Shown here piece after piece: positions 1 through 8,921 of a stretch of 64,000 bases of DNA. Positions within the stretch are counted from its first letter, which is position 1. Every line of letters starts with the position of its first letter. The notes beneath the pieces were generated by a model. It had not been told where the DNA came from. It ran no database searches and worked only from the letters and a program-made list of their open reading frames with translations. The stretch is from a virus. The translations under genes and the position numbers were made by a program. The DNA lies in the IMG/VR virus record IMGVR_UViG_3300042402_001861, positions 1 through 64,000 of that record; one strand, 5' to 3'.

Positions 1-348
1 CGTTGCGGGATCGGGAATCGGTATTGTCACATCGGGCAGAACTGACACCCTGTACAACATTGGTGTCACTTCGTTCAATGGTTTGACAGGAAATGTCTCT
101 CTAACTGGATCAGGAGCAATTCTTCATACCGTATCGGGCACTACCACCACTTTGGGTGCGAGACTTGCCACCACCTCGGTCACGGGTGTCGCTTCTTTCA
201 ACAATGTCCACTTCACCGTAGACACAACGGGGCATGTTCAACTTGCCCCCGCCTTTCAAGCCACAGGTGATACAGTCATCACCGTTGCGGGATCGGGAAT
301 CGGTATTGTCACATCGGGCAGAACTGACACCCTGTACAACATTGGTGT
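1..348 (+). repeat. 66-nt exact direct repeat inside the fibre gene (1-66 = 283-348); further near-identical blocks at about 349-483 and 1330-1464
   Basis: Direct sequence comparison. Confidence 0.9.
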
Positions 349-3262
349 GACCTCGTTCAACGGGTTCACGGGTGCCGTACAGGTAACTGGATCGGGAGCA
401 ATTCTCCATACCGTCTCAGGTACAACAACAACGCTAGGTGCAAGACTTGCAACCACGGCTGTCACAGGTGTCGCTTCGTTCAACAATGTCCGTTTTACAG
501 CCACTACTACAGGGCATATTGATCTTGCTGCGGCTTTCCAAGTCACGGGAGATACAGTTGTTGCGGGATCTGCAATCAACATTAGCACTAGCGGAACGAC
601 CAAGACCATCAACAATATTGGTGTGACCTCGTTCAATGGTGCGACAGGTGCAGTCACATTCACGGTTCCGTTGGCAACGACAAGCCTTACTGGAACAGCA
701 TCCTTCAATCCAAGCCGTTTCCAAGTCTCGGCTACTGGAAATGTGGATCTGCTTGCTGCATTCCAAGTCACAGGTCAGACTGTTGTCTCGGGTGGTGCAT
801 CGCAACTTGTTACGACTTCGGGCAACACAGTAACAATCGACAACCGTGTTGCCACCTCAAGCGTCACGGGAGTTGCCTCCTTCAGCAGCACATTCTTTAC
901 TGTGTCGGCTACAGGCAGCGTACAACTTGCTACGGCTTACCAAGCAACTGGATCAGGAATTGCAACAGTTCCTCTTGCAACCACATCCCTGACAGGTACG
1001 GCTTCGTTCAACCCAAACAGGTTCCAAGTTTCTGCCACGGGCAATGTCGATCTGCTTGCTGCATTCCAAGTCACAGGACAGACAGTAGTTTCGGGCGGTG
1101 CATCACAACTCGTATCGACTTCGGGAAATACTGTAACGATTGATAATCGTATTGCCACTTCAAGTGTCACGGGTGTTGCATCGTTCAATGCTACTCGCTT
1201 TACAGTATCGGCAGCGGGTGCGGTAGACCTTGCTGCTGCCTTCCAAGCAACTGGTGACACCATTGTCGCAGGATCCGCTATCAACTTCAGCACTAGCGGA
1301 ACGACCAAGACCATCAACAACATTGGTGTCACCTCGTTCAACGGGTTCACGGGTGCCGTACAGGTAACTGGTTCGGGAGCAATTCTCCATACTGTATCAG
1401 GTACAACAACAACGCTAGGTGCAAGACTTGCAACCACGGCGGTCACGGGTGTTGCCTCGTTCAACACTAATGATTTTGTTGCTTCCACAACGGGGCATGT
1501 CAGTCTTACAGGTACGGTTGCACGGACAAATACAACCAACAACTTCACAGCAATTCAGGCGTTCCCGAATGGACTTTCTGCCCAAGGCGCAACCTTTGCG
1601 GGAATGGTAAGTGTTGCCGATTTCTTGGCGAGAACTGTTGGTGGTGACGAGGGAGGTGAGATCAAACTTGGTCTTGCTCAAACAAACACGACCCTGACAG
1701 GAAACGCCGTCACAATTGATGTATACCAAAACAGACTCCGCATCTTTGAGAGTGGTGGCTCGGCTAGAGGCTACTACATGGATCTGTCCGCTGGTTCGGC
1801 AGGAGCGGGATCCCAACTTGCAACATCTACACCATATTCTCCACCTTTGGCGACTACAAGCGTCACGGGTGTCGCTTCCTTCCGTGCTGCCGACTTTGAT
1901 GTTTCCACAACGGGTTCAGTAAGCCTTACTGGAACTGTTGCGAGAACTAACACATCACAGACCTTTACTGGATTGCAGACTTTTAGTTCCGGCATTTCCG
2001 CCAACGGAATTACGGGAACTCTTCTGACCGCAGCACAGACCAACATCACTTCAGTCGGAACTTTGACTTCCTTGGCTTCCGCAGGACTCACTTCCTCTCA
2101 GAGGATCAATATCACCAACGGTGGTCTATCGGCAGCAGGACCAGTATTCATCCAATCCAATGGCTTGAGTGTCACAGGAGGAATTGCCGGAACTCTTCTG
2201 ACCGCAGCACAGACCAACATCACATCGGTTGGTGTACTCAACGGACTGTCCGTCAACAATGGTCTGAGTGTCACGGGTGGATTGAGTGTAACAGGTGGAG
2301 AAGCAATCTTTGGCGGCAGCAGGATTCAATCTGGTGGGTTGAGTGTGACTGGTGGTGCAAATATCACGGGAGGCTCCTTATTCTTCGGAGACATAGAAGT
2401 CTATGATGGTGCTTTCATCCGTACAGGCGGTCTTTCGGTTACTGGCGGAATCGCAGGAACCATCAGCACAGCAGCACAACCTAATATTACATCGCTAGGA
2501 ACTCTAACTTCCCTTACCACATCAGGTCTTCTTTCCACGCAGGCACTCAGCGTTGTAGCAGGAGCAACATTTGGAATAGGCATCTATGCACCCAACATGG
2601 TCACAGGTGTCAACGGAATCACGGGTGCAGTAAGCATCACATCCGGTTCCAACATCACGATCACACAAAGCGGAAAGACAATAACAATTGCTTCCAGCGG
2701 CGGAGGAGGTGGAAGTCCACCACCACTCGCAACATCAAGCATTACGGGCGTTGCATCCTTCCGAGCAGCAGACTTTGATGTTTCCACAACCGGTTCAGTA
2801 AGCCTGACTGGCACGGTTGCAAGAACCAATGTGGCACAGACATTTACCGCATTACAGAGTTTTTCTTCGGGTCTTTCTGCATCTGGCGGATTGACATTCA
2901 ACTCTGATCTTTCCGTCAACGGAAACATCAACGCCACCACCAAGTCCTTCGTGATCAAGCACCCCATACATGAGGGCATGACCCTGCGCTACGGATCGTT
3001 GGAAGGACCGGAGAATGGCGTGTATGTCCGTGGCAAGTTGGATGGCTCCAATGTCATAGAACTTCCCGACTACTGGAAGAACCTTGTCCATGAAGACAGC
3101 ATCACCGTGAATCTGACACCAATTGGCTCTTCAAACTCACACTTTGTGAAGAAGATCACCGACAACACAGTCATCGTGGGAAGCCGTTCGGGGAAGATCA
3201 ACTGCTTCTATGTGGTCTATGGAGAGCGCAAGGATGTGGATCGCCTGACCGTGGAGTATTGA
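2..3262 (+). CDS. Long Ser/Thr/Gly-rich repetitive tail fibre protein (5'-truncated)
   Basis: Frame open from position 2, so the TTG at 83 is not the true start. Repeated units (ATTSVTGVASF, GAILHTVSGTTTTLGARL, GTLLTAAQTNITSVG). C-terminal TKSFVIKHP...LRYGSLEGPE...IELPDYW domain is typical of phage fibre ends. Confidence 0.85.
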   Translation, partial: VAGSGIGIVTSGRTDTLYNIGVTSFNGLTGNVSLTGSGAILHTVSGTTTTLGARLATTSVTGVASFNNVHFTVDTTGHVQLAPAFQATGDTVITVAGSGIGIVTSGRTDTLYNIGVTSFNGFTGAVQVTGSGAILHTVSGTTTTLGARLATTAVTGVASFNNVRFTATTTGHIDLAAAFQVTGDTVVAGSAINISTSGTTKTINNIGVTSFNGATGAVTFTVPLATTSLTGTASFNPSRFQVSATGNVDLLAAFQVTGQTVVSGGASQLVTTSGNTVTIDNRVATSSVTGVASFSSTFFTVSATGSVQLATAYQATGSGIATVPLATTSLTGTASFNPNRFQVSATGNVDLLAAFQVTGQTVVSGGASQLVSTSGNTVTIDNRIATSSVTGVASFNATRFTVSAAGAVDLAAAFQATGDTIVAGSAINFSTSGTTKTINNIGVTSFNGFTGAVQVTGSGAILHTVSGTTTTLGARLATTAVTGVASFNTNDFVASTTGHVSLTGTVARTNTTNNFTAIQAFPNGLSAQGATFAGMVSVADFLARTVGGDEGGEIKLGLAQTNTTLTGNAVTIDVYQNRLRIFESGGSARGYYMDLSAGSAGAGSQLATSTPYSPPLATTSVTGVASFRAADFDVSTTGSVSLTGTVARTNTSQTFTGLQTFSSGISANGITGTLLTAAQTNITSVGTLTSLASAGLTSSQRINITNGGLSAAGPVFIQSNGLSVTGGIAGTLLTAAQTNITSVGVLNGLSVNNGLSVTGGLSVTGGEAIFGGSRIQSGGLSVTGGANITGGSLFFGDIEVYDGAFIRTGGLSVTGGIAGTISTAAQPNITSLGTLTSLTTSGLLSTQALSVVAGATFGIGIYAPNMVTGVNGITGAVSITSGSNITITQSGKTITIASSGGGGGSPPPLATSSITGVASFRAADFDVSTTGSVSLTGTVARTNVAQTFTALQSFSSGLSASGGLTFNSDLSVNGNINATTKSFVIKHPIHEGMTLRYGSLEGPENGVYVRGKLDGSNVIELPDYWKNLVHEDSITVNLTPIGSSNSHFVKKITDNTVIVGSRSGKINCFYVVYGERKDVDRLTVEY

Positions 3263-3263
3263 C

Positions 3264-4013
3264 ATGGCAGTCGCATACAACAACTCACAAATCGTAACTG
3301 ATGGGCTGTTTCTCTACTACGATGCCAAGAATCCAAGATCGTATCCGGGTGCGGGACTGACTTTCAGCAACATCATGAGTAACCAATATCACGGGGTGAA
3401 GCAAGGAGCGTCTGGACCGACATTCCCAATGTACAATTCCGATGGGTTCTTCACATTCAATGGAGGAACATCTTCAAACAATTGGTCACGCTTCAGCGCC
3501 GTTTCTGTTCCAGGCTTGAGCAGCATTTCTTTTGAAATATGGTGGAGGACCACGGCGCTCAATGCAGACCAAAATCCAATTTCGGCAGGAGGACCAGACA
3601 GCAACCTGTATGGGTGGTTTTCATACTCCACAAGGTTGTTTCCTGCTGAAAATAAATTGTGGTATTCTTTTTGTGATGGGTCAGGAGGAAATCCGGCATA
3701 CGCATTTCTTGACTTCGGTAGCAGCCATCCGGGCATAGCAAACGGAAACTGGCATCACACCGTTGGAACATGGGACTTTGCAACACAGACGGGAAGGGGT
3801 TACTATGATTCCGTACTCAAGGGAACCGTGACCGGACCAACAAGCACACCTCTTGGAATATCCGGTCATTCCTTGAGATTAGGAGTAAGATCAGACATTC
3901 AGGGAGGTCACTTCTTTGGTGACATTGCGTTGGTGAGATTATACAATCGGGCGCTTACGCCCGAGGAAGTCAAGCAAAATTACACCGCAATGCTAGGAAG
4001 GTTCGGCATCTGA
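3264..4013 (+). CDS. LamG/concanavalin A-like jelly-roll virion protein, paralogue 1
   Basis: YDAKNPRSYPG at the N-terminus; WHHTVGTW; IALVRLYNRALTPEEVKQNY...RFGI at the C-terminus. Confidence 0.8.
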   Translation: MAVAYNNSQIVTDGLFLYYDAKNPRSYPGAGLTFSNIMSNQYHGVKQGASGPTFPMYNSDGFFTFNGGTSSNNWSRFSAVSVPGLSSISFEIWWRTTALNADQNPISAGGPDSNLYGWFSYSTRLFPAENKLWYSFCDGSGGNPAYAFLDFGSSHPGIANGNWHHTVGTWDFATQTGRGYYDSVLKGTVTGPTSTPLGISGHSLRLGVRSDIQGGHFFGDIALVRLYNRALTPEEVKQNYTAMLGRFGI

Positions 4014-4726
4014 TGGCCCTTTCGCACTCACCATCAATCGTGACTGACGGCTTGGTGCTGTGCTTGGACGCAGCGAATAGCCGTTCCTATCCCGGCAGCG
4101 GAACTGCCTGCTATGATCTGAGCAACCGTGTTGCGGCGGGAGTATTGCAAAACGGAACAACTTTCAGTTCCTCCAATCTAGGCAGTTTTGTTTTTGACGG
4201 AACAAATGACAGAATACAGATAGATTCTCCGTTTGGTGACATAGATTGGGCAGGCAGAGCATGGTCGCTGTCTCTTTGGTCAAAATGGGATGCCTTTGGC
4301 GACAGAGGAATGATAAATTTGAATTCGGCCAACAATACACATTATTGTCTCAATATGATATGTGGTTATGGTGGATTTTATTGGTACTTCATACAAAATT
4401 CCACAACCAATCAAGCACCTTTCTTCACTTCAAGTTCACCTGTGGCAGTAAACCAAATATTCAATTTCACCATGACATACAATGGAAACGGAGTATTTCC
4501 CGCATTATCAAATGTTTCCAACATAAGATTCTATATCGATGGAAATCTAGTTTCTACAACCGTAGGTGGTGGTGCCACTATTACCAATCAAAGCGGAATA
4601 CAGTTGGGTGGAACAAACTATGCATTTGATGGCAATCTTTATCATGTTTCAATGTACAACCGAGTGCTAGCAGAGCAAGATGTGAGACAGAACTTCAACG
4701 CCATCAGAGGAAGGTTTGGTATCTAA
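4013..4726 (+). CDS. LamG-like protein, paralogue 2
   Basis: LDAANSRSYPGSG...FVFDGTND...MYNRVL...QNFNAIRGRFGI; TGATG overlap with the previous gene. Confidence 0.8.
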   Translation: MALSHSPSIVTDGLVLCLDAANSRSYPGSGTACYDLSNRVAAGVLQNGTTFSSSNLGSFVFDGTNDRIQIDSPFGDIDWAGRAWSLSLWSKWDAFGDRGMINLNSANNTHYCLNMICGYGGFYWYFIQNSTTNQAPFFTSSSPVAVNQIFNFTMTYNGNGVFPALSNVSNIRFYIDGNLVSTTVGGGATITNQSGIQLGGTNYAFDGNLYHVSMYNRVLAEQDVRQNFNAIRGRFGI

Positions 4727-5418
4727 TGGCAGTCTTCTCTGGACCGGAAATGGTTGAAGATGGCTTGGTGCTGTGCTTGGACGCAGCGAATCCTCGTTCA
4801 TACCCCCGAAGCGGGACAACTTGGTTTGACTTGAGCGGCAGGGGAAATCACGGTACATTGAAAAATGGCCCTACATTCAATGCAAATCTTGCTGGAGGCT
4901 CAATCGTATTTGATGGTACAAATGACTTTGTGGATGGTAGTTTGTCTTGCAGTAACACGCAGTATTCATTGGATTGGTGGCAGTATGCCCTGACTGCTTC
5001 TAACTACAACAACTACATCAGATTGGGTCCAAGTGATGGTAGTGGATGGGGAAGTTTCTTGTTTCACTACAACGGACCTGTTCCTGCATTCATTTCTGTA
5101 GGAACGGATACTGCAACAAGAATGCAAGCACCACAATTAAATGGAAGTTATGCAGTTACTTTGAATGCATGGCAGCACTACGCATGGTCGTTTGACAATG
5201 GCACAGCAAGACTTTACCATAATGGTTCTTTATTCCAAACAAAATCTATGAATGTTTCCACCAACAGTACATTTACCGAATATAGCGTAAGTTGGTCAGG
5301 GAGTGGATCACAAATAAATGGTTATGTTTCCAATTTCAAAGTCTATAGTCAGAAAGTGCTTTCTGACATTGAAGTAAGACAAAACTTCAACGCCCTCAGG
5401 GGAAGATTTGACATCTAA
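4726..5418 (+). CDS. LamG-like protein, paralogue 3
   Basis: LDAANPRSYP...IVFDGTND...WQHYAW...QNFNALRGRFDI; TAATG overlap. Confidence 0.8.
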   Translation: MAVFSGPEMVEDGLVLCLDAANPRSYPRSGTTWFDLSGRGNHGTLKNGPTFNANLAGGSIVFDGTNDFVDGSLSCSNTQYSLDWWQYALTASNYNNYIRLGPSDGSGWGSFLFHYNGPVPAFISVGTDTATRMQAPQLNGSYAVTLNAWQHYAWSFDNGTARLYHNGSLFQTKSMNVSTNSTFTEYSVSWSGSGSQINGYVSNFKVYSQKVLSDIEVRQNFNALRGRFDI

Positions 5419-5435
5419 TCCAAACAGAGGATCAA

Positions 5436-5702
5436 ATGGAATACCCAAACAGAAACTATCTCATCTTCAATGTGTCGGAACTGCCTATCATCGACTTCTC
5501 CCAAGTACTTGAGACATCCGCAGACACTCTCCGTAGATCCGTGGATGGAACCAAGACATTTGTGAAATGGGAGACAGAGGAGCCTTCGTTTGTACAGTCC
5601 CTGACCACCAAGGAAGGCCCATATACCCACTCAGAAATCCTTGAAATCCTGTCTGGTTCTGACTGGGTTAATCTGACCCCGATGGGATCGATAAGTGGCT
5701 AA
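5436..5702 (+). CDS. Small hypothetical phage protein
   Basis: AGAGGA SD before ATG; 88 aa; follows the LamG cluster. Confidence 0.65.
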   Translation: MEYPNRNYLIFNVSELPIIDFSQVLETSADTLRRSVDGTKTFVKWETEEPSFVQSLTTKEGPYTHSEILEILSGSDWVNLTPMGSISG

Positions 5703-5705
5703 ATA
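5700..5705 (+). promoter_or_regulatory. T4-type late promoter core (C)TAAATA
   Basis: CTAAATA 7 nt before the ATG at 5713; the motif recurs before many genes in the window. Confidence 0.6.
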
Positions 5706-5712
5706 ATCAGAA

Positions 5713-6504
5713 ATGGCTGACTCTGACAAGAACATCATCATCCGCCCCAATCGCGGTGCAACGGGATCGACCGGGCAGCCGCAGATACGGTTTGTCGGTC
5801 AGAATGCCGATCCGATCACGCTGCGAGTCCTTGACATCACGGGAAGCAGCGCCGGGGCTATCTCGTTCGAGGGTTCTGCCGGACAGTTGTTCTCCATTAC
5901 CAACTCCCTGACATCGGGAAGTATCTTCAGCGTCAACGACATTTCTGGATTACCGAGCATCGATGTCAATGCCAACGGGACCATCCTTTTCGCCGGATTC
6001 ACGGGAAATGTCGGAATCGGTGCAACGGCAGGCATATCGGGTTCGGCACAGAGATTGACCGTGGTTGGCGGAATACATGTGACGGGAGGGGCAAGCAACA
6101 TCGGCGGAACCCTGAACATGAACACGAACCTGATTCGTGACCTTGAGATGCGTGACTATTACGAGACATTGACAACGCCGACATTCTCGGGAGGTGTACT
6201 GACATGTGACCTCAATTCATCTCAGGTCTTCACTCATACCTTGCACTCTTCCATCAACCGCATCGTCCTGAGCAATGTCCCAACCAAGACAAATACGGTC
6301 ATGGGATTCACCCTTGTTGTGAAGCAAGGCACAACGGGCGGAAACACGGCTGCATTCTCGGGCATATCGGGTGCCACGACATTGTTCGCAAACAACGAGG
6401 TTCCCGTCATGTCAACTGGTGCAAACAAGACTGACATAGTTTCATATGTCACCTATGACAACGGTTCAAACTGGTTTGGATTTTTGGGAGGACAGAATTT
6501 CTGA
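5713..6504 (+). CDS. Tail-fibre-associated protein
   Basis: FEGSAGQLFSITN and FTGNVGIG fibre motifs; C-terminal S...TDIVSYVTYDNGSNWFG domain. Confidence 0.65.
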   Translation: MADSDKNIIIRPNRGATGSTGQPQIRFVGQNADPITLRVLDITGSSAGAISFEGSAGQLFSITNSLTSGSIFSVNDISGLPSIDVNANGTILFAGFTGNVGIGATAGISGSAQRLTVVGGIHVTGGASNIGGTLNMNTNLIRDLEMRDYYETLTTPTFSGGVLTCDLNSSQVFTHTLHSSINRIVLSNVPTKTNTVMGFTLVVKQGTTGGNTAAFSGISGATTLFANNEVPVMSTGANKTDIVSYVTYDNGSNWFGFLGGQNF

Positions 6505-6505
6505 T

Positions 6506-8854
6506 ATGTTCGGTGGCATGAATTCCAACATCATTCGCAGAAAACCCGAAACAGGAAACCTTTGGGTATGGGGCAGAGGCTACAACTATGGGTTCCTTGG
6601 ACTTGGAAATCGTGTGAATCTGTCTTCGCCTGTTGCATTGGGTAGAAGAAACGACTGGTATTCTGTTTCTTCTTCGGCAACTCATGCCCTTGCATTGACC
6701 GTAGGAGGAAGATTGTGGGCATGGGGAAACAGCAACAATGGTGAAATAGGAGACAACACCAACCAACCAAGATCATCGCCTGTACAGATAGGCACCTTGA
6801 CCGACTGGACATATGCCCATGCAGGAAGAACCACTTCCTTTGCCATGAGAAGCAATGGAACATTGTGGGCATGGGGACAAAATGGTTCGGGCCAACTTGG
6901 CATCAACAGAACTACAAACACCAACAGTCCGATACAGGTCACATCGGGAGGATTCACGGGTTTTTGGAAAAGCGTAAATGTTGATGAGGCCACGGCAGCG
7001 GTTCGTGGAGATGGGACTTTGTGGACTTGTGGCCTGAACAACTATGGACAACTTGGATTAGGTGTCTTTGGCACCAATATGTCGGTACTCATGCAAGTGA
7101 CGGGAGGAAGCGGAGGCACGGGTGGCTGGAGCAAGGTATCCTCGGGAAGAACACACATATTGGCCCTGAAGGAAGATGGGACATTATGGGCAGCAGGAAA
7201 CAACAGCGCAGGACAACTTGGACTCGGCAACACGGTTTCTAGGTCTGTCTTCTTTCAGATAACTGGAGGGGCAGGAGCAACCAATGACTGGATGCTTCCC
7301 GTGGCAAACAAGGGATTCGGAAGAAAATCATTCGCAATCAAGAGAAACGGCACATTGTGGGGATGGGGATACAATAATTTCTTCTCTCTTGGCTTGGGCG
7401 ATTCGTCAAATCGTTCTGTGCCGGTTCAGATAGGAACATTCACCGACTGGGTTGCCATGATGCCAAGCACGAATGGAGGAACCTTTGGGTTGCGAAGAAA
7501 TGGAACGCTATGGATATGGGGGAACAACAATTATGGCATGGCCGGACAGAGCCTCAGCACATATGGATGGTCGCCCGTGCAGATGGGCACGGGAAACGAC
7601 TGGTCTTCTCTGCTTCAGTCGGGAAGCAACTCTTACAATTTCCTGTTTGCATTGAAGACCAATGGAACCATGTGGGCATGGGGCAGAGGACAGGGAAATT
7701 ACCGTCAGTTGGGATTGGGAAACACGACCAATTTCTCTGCCCCACAGCAGATAACCGGCGGAGGAGGCGCAACCAACGATTGGAAGATGGTCGGTCCAAG
7801 AAGGCAGGGAGGACATGCACTCAGAAACAACGGAACTCTCTGGGGTTGGGGAGAAGCATTTGACTTTCAGAATGGCGACGGAACAAGCACCACAAGATCA
7901 GTACCAACATTGGTGACAGGCGGAGCCGGGGCAACCAATGATTGGGCGACATTTTCTACTGGTCGTTCATTTTGCATGGCCATCAAGACCAATGGAACGC
8001 TTTGGGGGTGGGGAAGAAACAATTACGGTAACCTTGGATTGGGAGACACCACCACCCGATCCTTCGCCACACAGGTTGGCACCGGCAACAATTGGTCCGC
8101 TGTCAAGTGCGGATTTGCCGAAGTACTTGCCACCAAGACCGATGGAACCTTGTGGGGCTGGGGAAGAAATGCAAACGGACAACTTGGATTGCGTGACACG
8201 GTTGCAAGATCATCTCCCGTACAGATCACGGGAGCAGGGGAAACCGGCTGGACAAGGGGACTCACTTCCCTCGGCGTTGGAGGAAGGCATTGCCTTGTGA
8301 TACGAGAAAATGGAACCCTGTGGGGGTTGGGTGGATATGACGGAAGACTTCTTGGAAATGGCGTATTCGGGGGACGGTCAGTCCCCATGCAAATCACGGG
8401 TGCAACTCCCGGTGGCGGCACAAATGACTGGCTTCAGGTAAATTGTACACAAAATCAGACATTTGCATTGAAGACGGACGGCACTCTGTGGTGCTGTGGA
8501 TTTAACGGGTATTCCGTTCTTGGCCTAGGCCGTGCAGGAGAACTTCGTGGGGGTGATGGCTTCGGTCTTGTTGGCAGATTCACTCTTCAGGGAACAACGG
8601 CTGACAAGTGGAAGGATGTTTCTGGAAATGGAGTCAGCATAGCAGGAATACGCCAAGACGGAACCCTTTGGGGATGGGGGGGCAGGAATTACGGCGTTGG
8701 TTGCGTTCCTTACATGGTTCTTATCTCTTCTCCGATGTTGGTATCTTCCTTCAATGGGTGGACAACCAACATTGGAGCAACGGGAGTCAGAAACATTGGA
8801 ACCGGGATCGGTTCGGCAATGGTCATTCGCAGAAGGAAGACAGATCCGAATTGA
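6506..8854 (+). CDS. RCC1/BLIP-II repeat beta-propeller protein with 14 repeats
   Basis: 14 copies of G(T/N/R)LWxWGxNxxGxLG counted by eye; ATG at 6506 directly after the upstream stop is preferred to 6446. Confidence 0.85.
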   Translation: MFGGMNSNIIRRKPETGNLWVWGRGYNYGFLGLGNRVNLSSPVALGRRNDWYSVSSSATHALALTVGGRLWAWGNSNNGEIGDNTNQPRSSPVQIGTLTDWTYAHAGRTTSFAMRSNGTLWAWGQNGSGQLGINRTTNTNSPIQVTSGGFTGFWKSVNVDEATAAVRGDGTLWTCGLNNYGQLGLGVFGTNMSVLMQVTGGSGGTGGWSKVSSGRTHILALKEDGTLWAAGNNSAGQLGLGNTVSRSVFFQITGGAGATNDWMLPVANKGFGRKSFAIKRNGTLWGWGYNNFFSLGLGDSSNRSVPVQIGTFTDWVAMMPSTNGGTFGLRRNGTLWIWGNNNYGMAGQSLSTYGWSPVQMGTGNDWSSLLQSGSNSYNFLFALKTNGTMWAWGRGQGNYRQLGLGNTTNFSAPQQITGGGGATNDWKMVGPRRQGGHALRNNGTLWGWGEAFDFQNGDGTSTTRSVPTLVTGGAGATNDWATFSTGRSFCMAIKTNGTLWGWGRNNYGNLGLGDTTTRSFATQVGTGNNWSAVKCGFAEVLATKTDGTLWGWGRNANGQLGLRDTVARSSPVQITGAGETGWTRGLTSLGVGGRHCLVIRENGTLWGLGGYDGRLLGNGVFGGRSVPMQITGATPGGGTNDWLQVNCTQNQTFALKTDGTLWCCGFNGYSVLGLGRAGELRGGDGFGLVGRFTLQGTTADKWKDVSGNGVSIAGIRQDGTLWGWGGRNYGVGCVPYMVLISSPMLVSSFNGWTTNIGATGVRNIGTGIGSAMVIRRRKTDPN

Positions 8855-8898
8855 GAATATAATTTATTCGATTCGTGGCTAACATTGCGTTCTTATCC

Positions 8899-8904
8899 TA
8901 AATA
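8899..8904 (+). promoter_or_regulatory. Late promoter core TAAATA upstream of the sulfotransferase-GT gene
   Basis: CCTAAATAAGGATGGAG, then ATG at 8922. Confidence 0.6.
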
Positions 8905-8921
8905 AGGATGGAGTCTACATC

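Noticed and set aside
6446-6505. Upstream-extended starts in the ORF track (also 10486, 12687, 14761, 19366, 19883, 20663, 21563, 36110, 57048)
   Set aside because: They overlap neighbouring genes or the tRNA; downstream ATGs with SD, stop-start coupling or promoter geometry fit better.
8894-8908. Small hairpin ATCCT-AAATA-AGGAT around the late promoter
   Set aside because: Only 5 bp and not seen at the other late promoters; likely chance.
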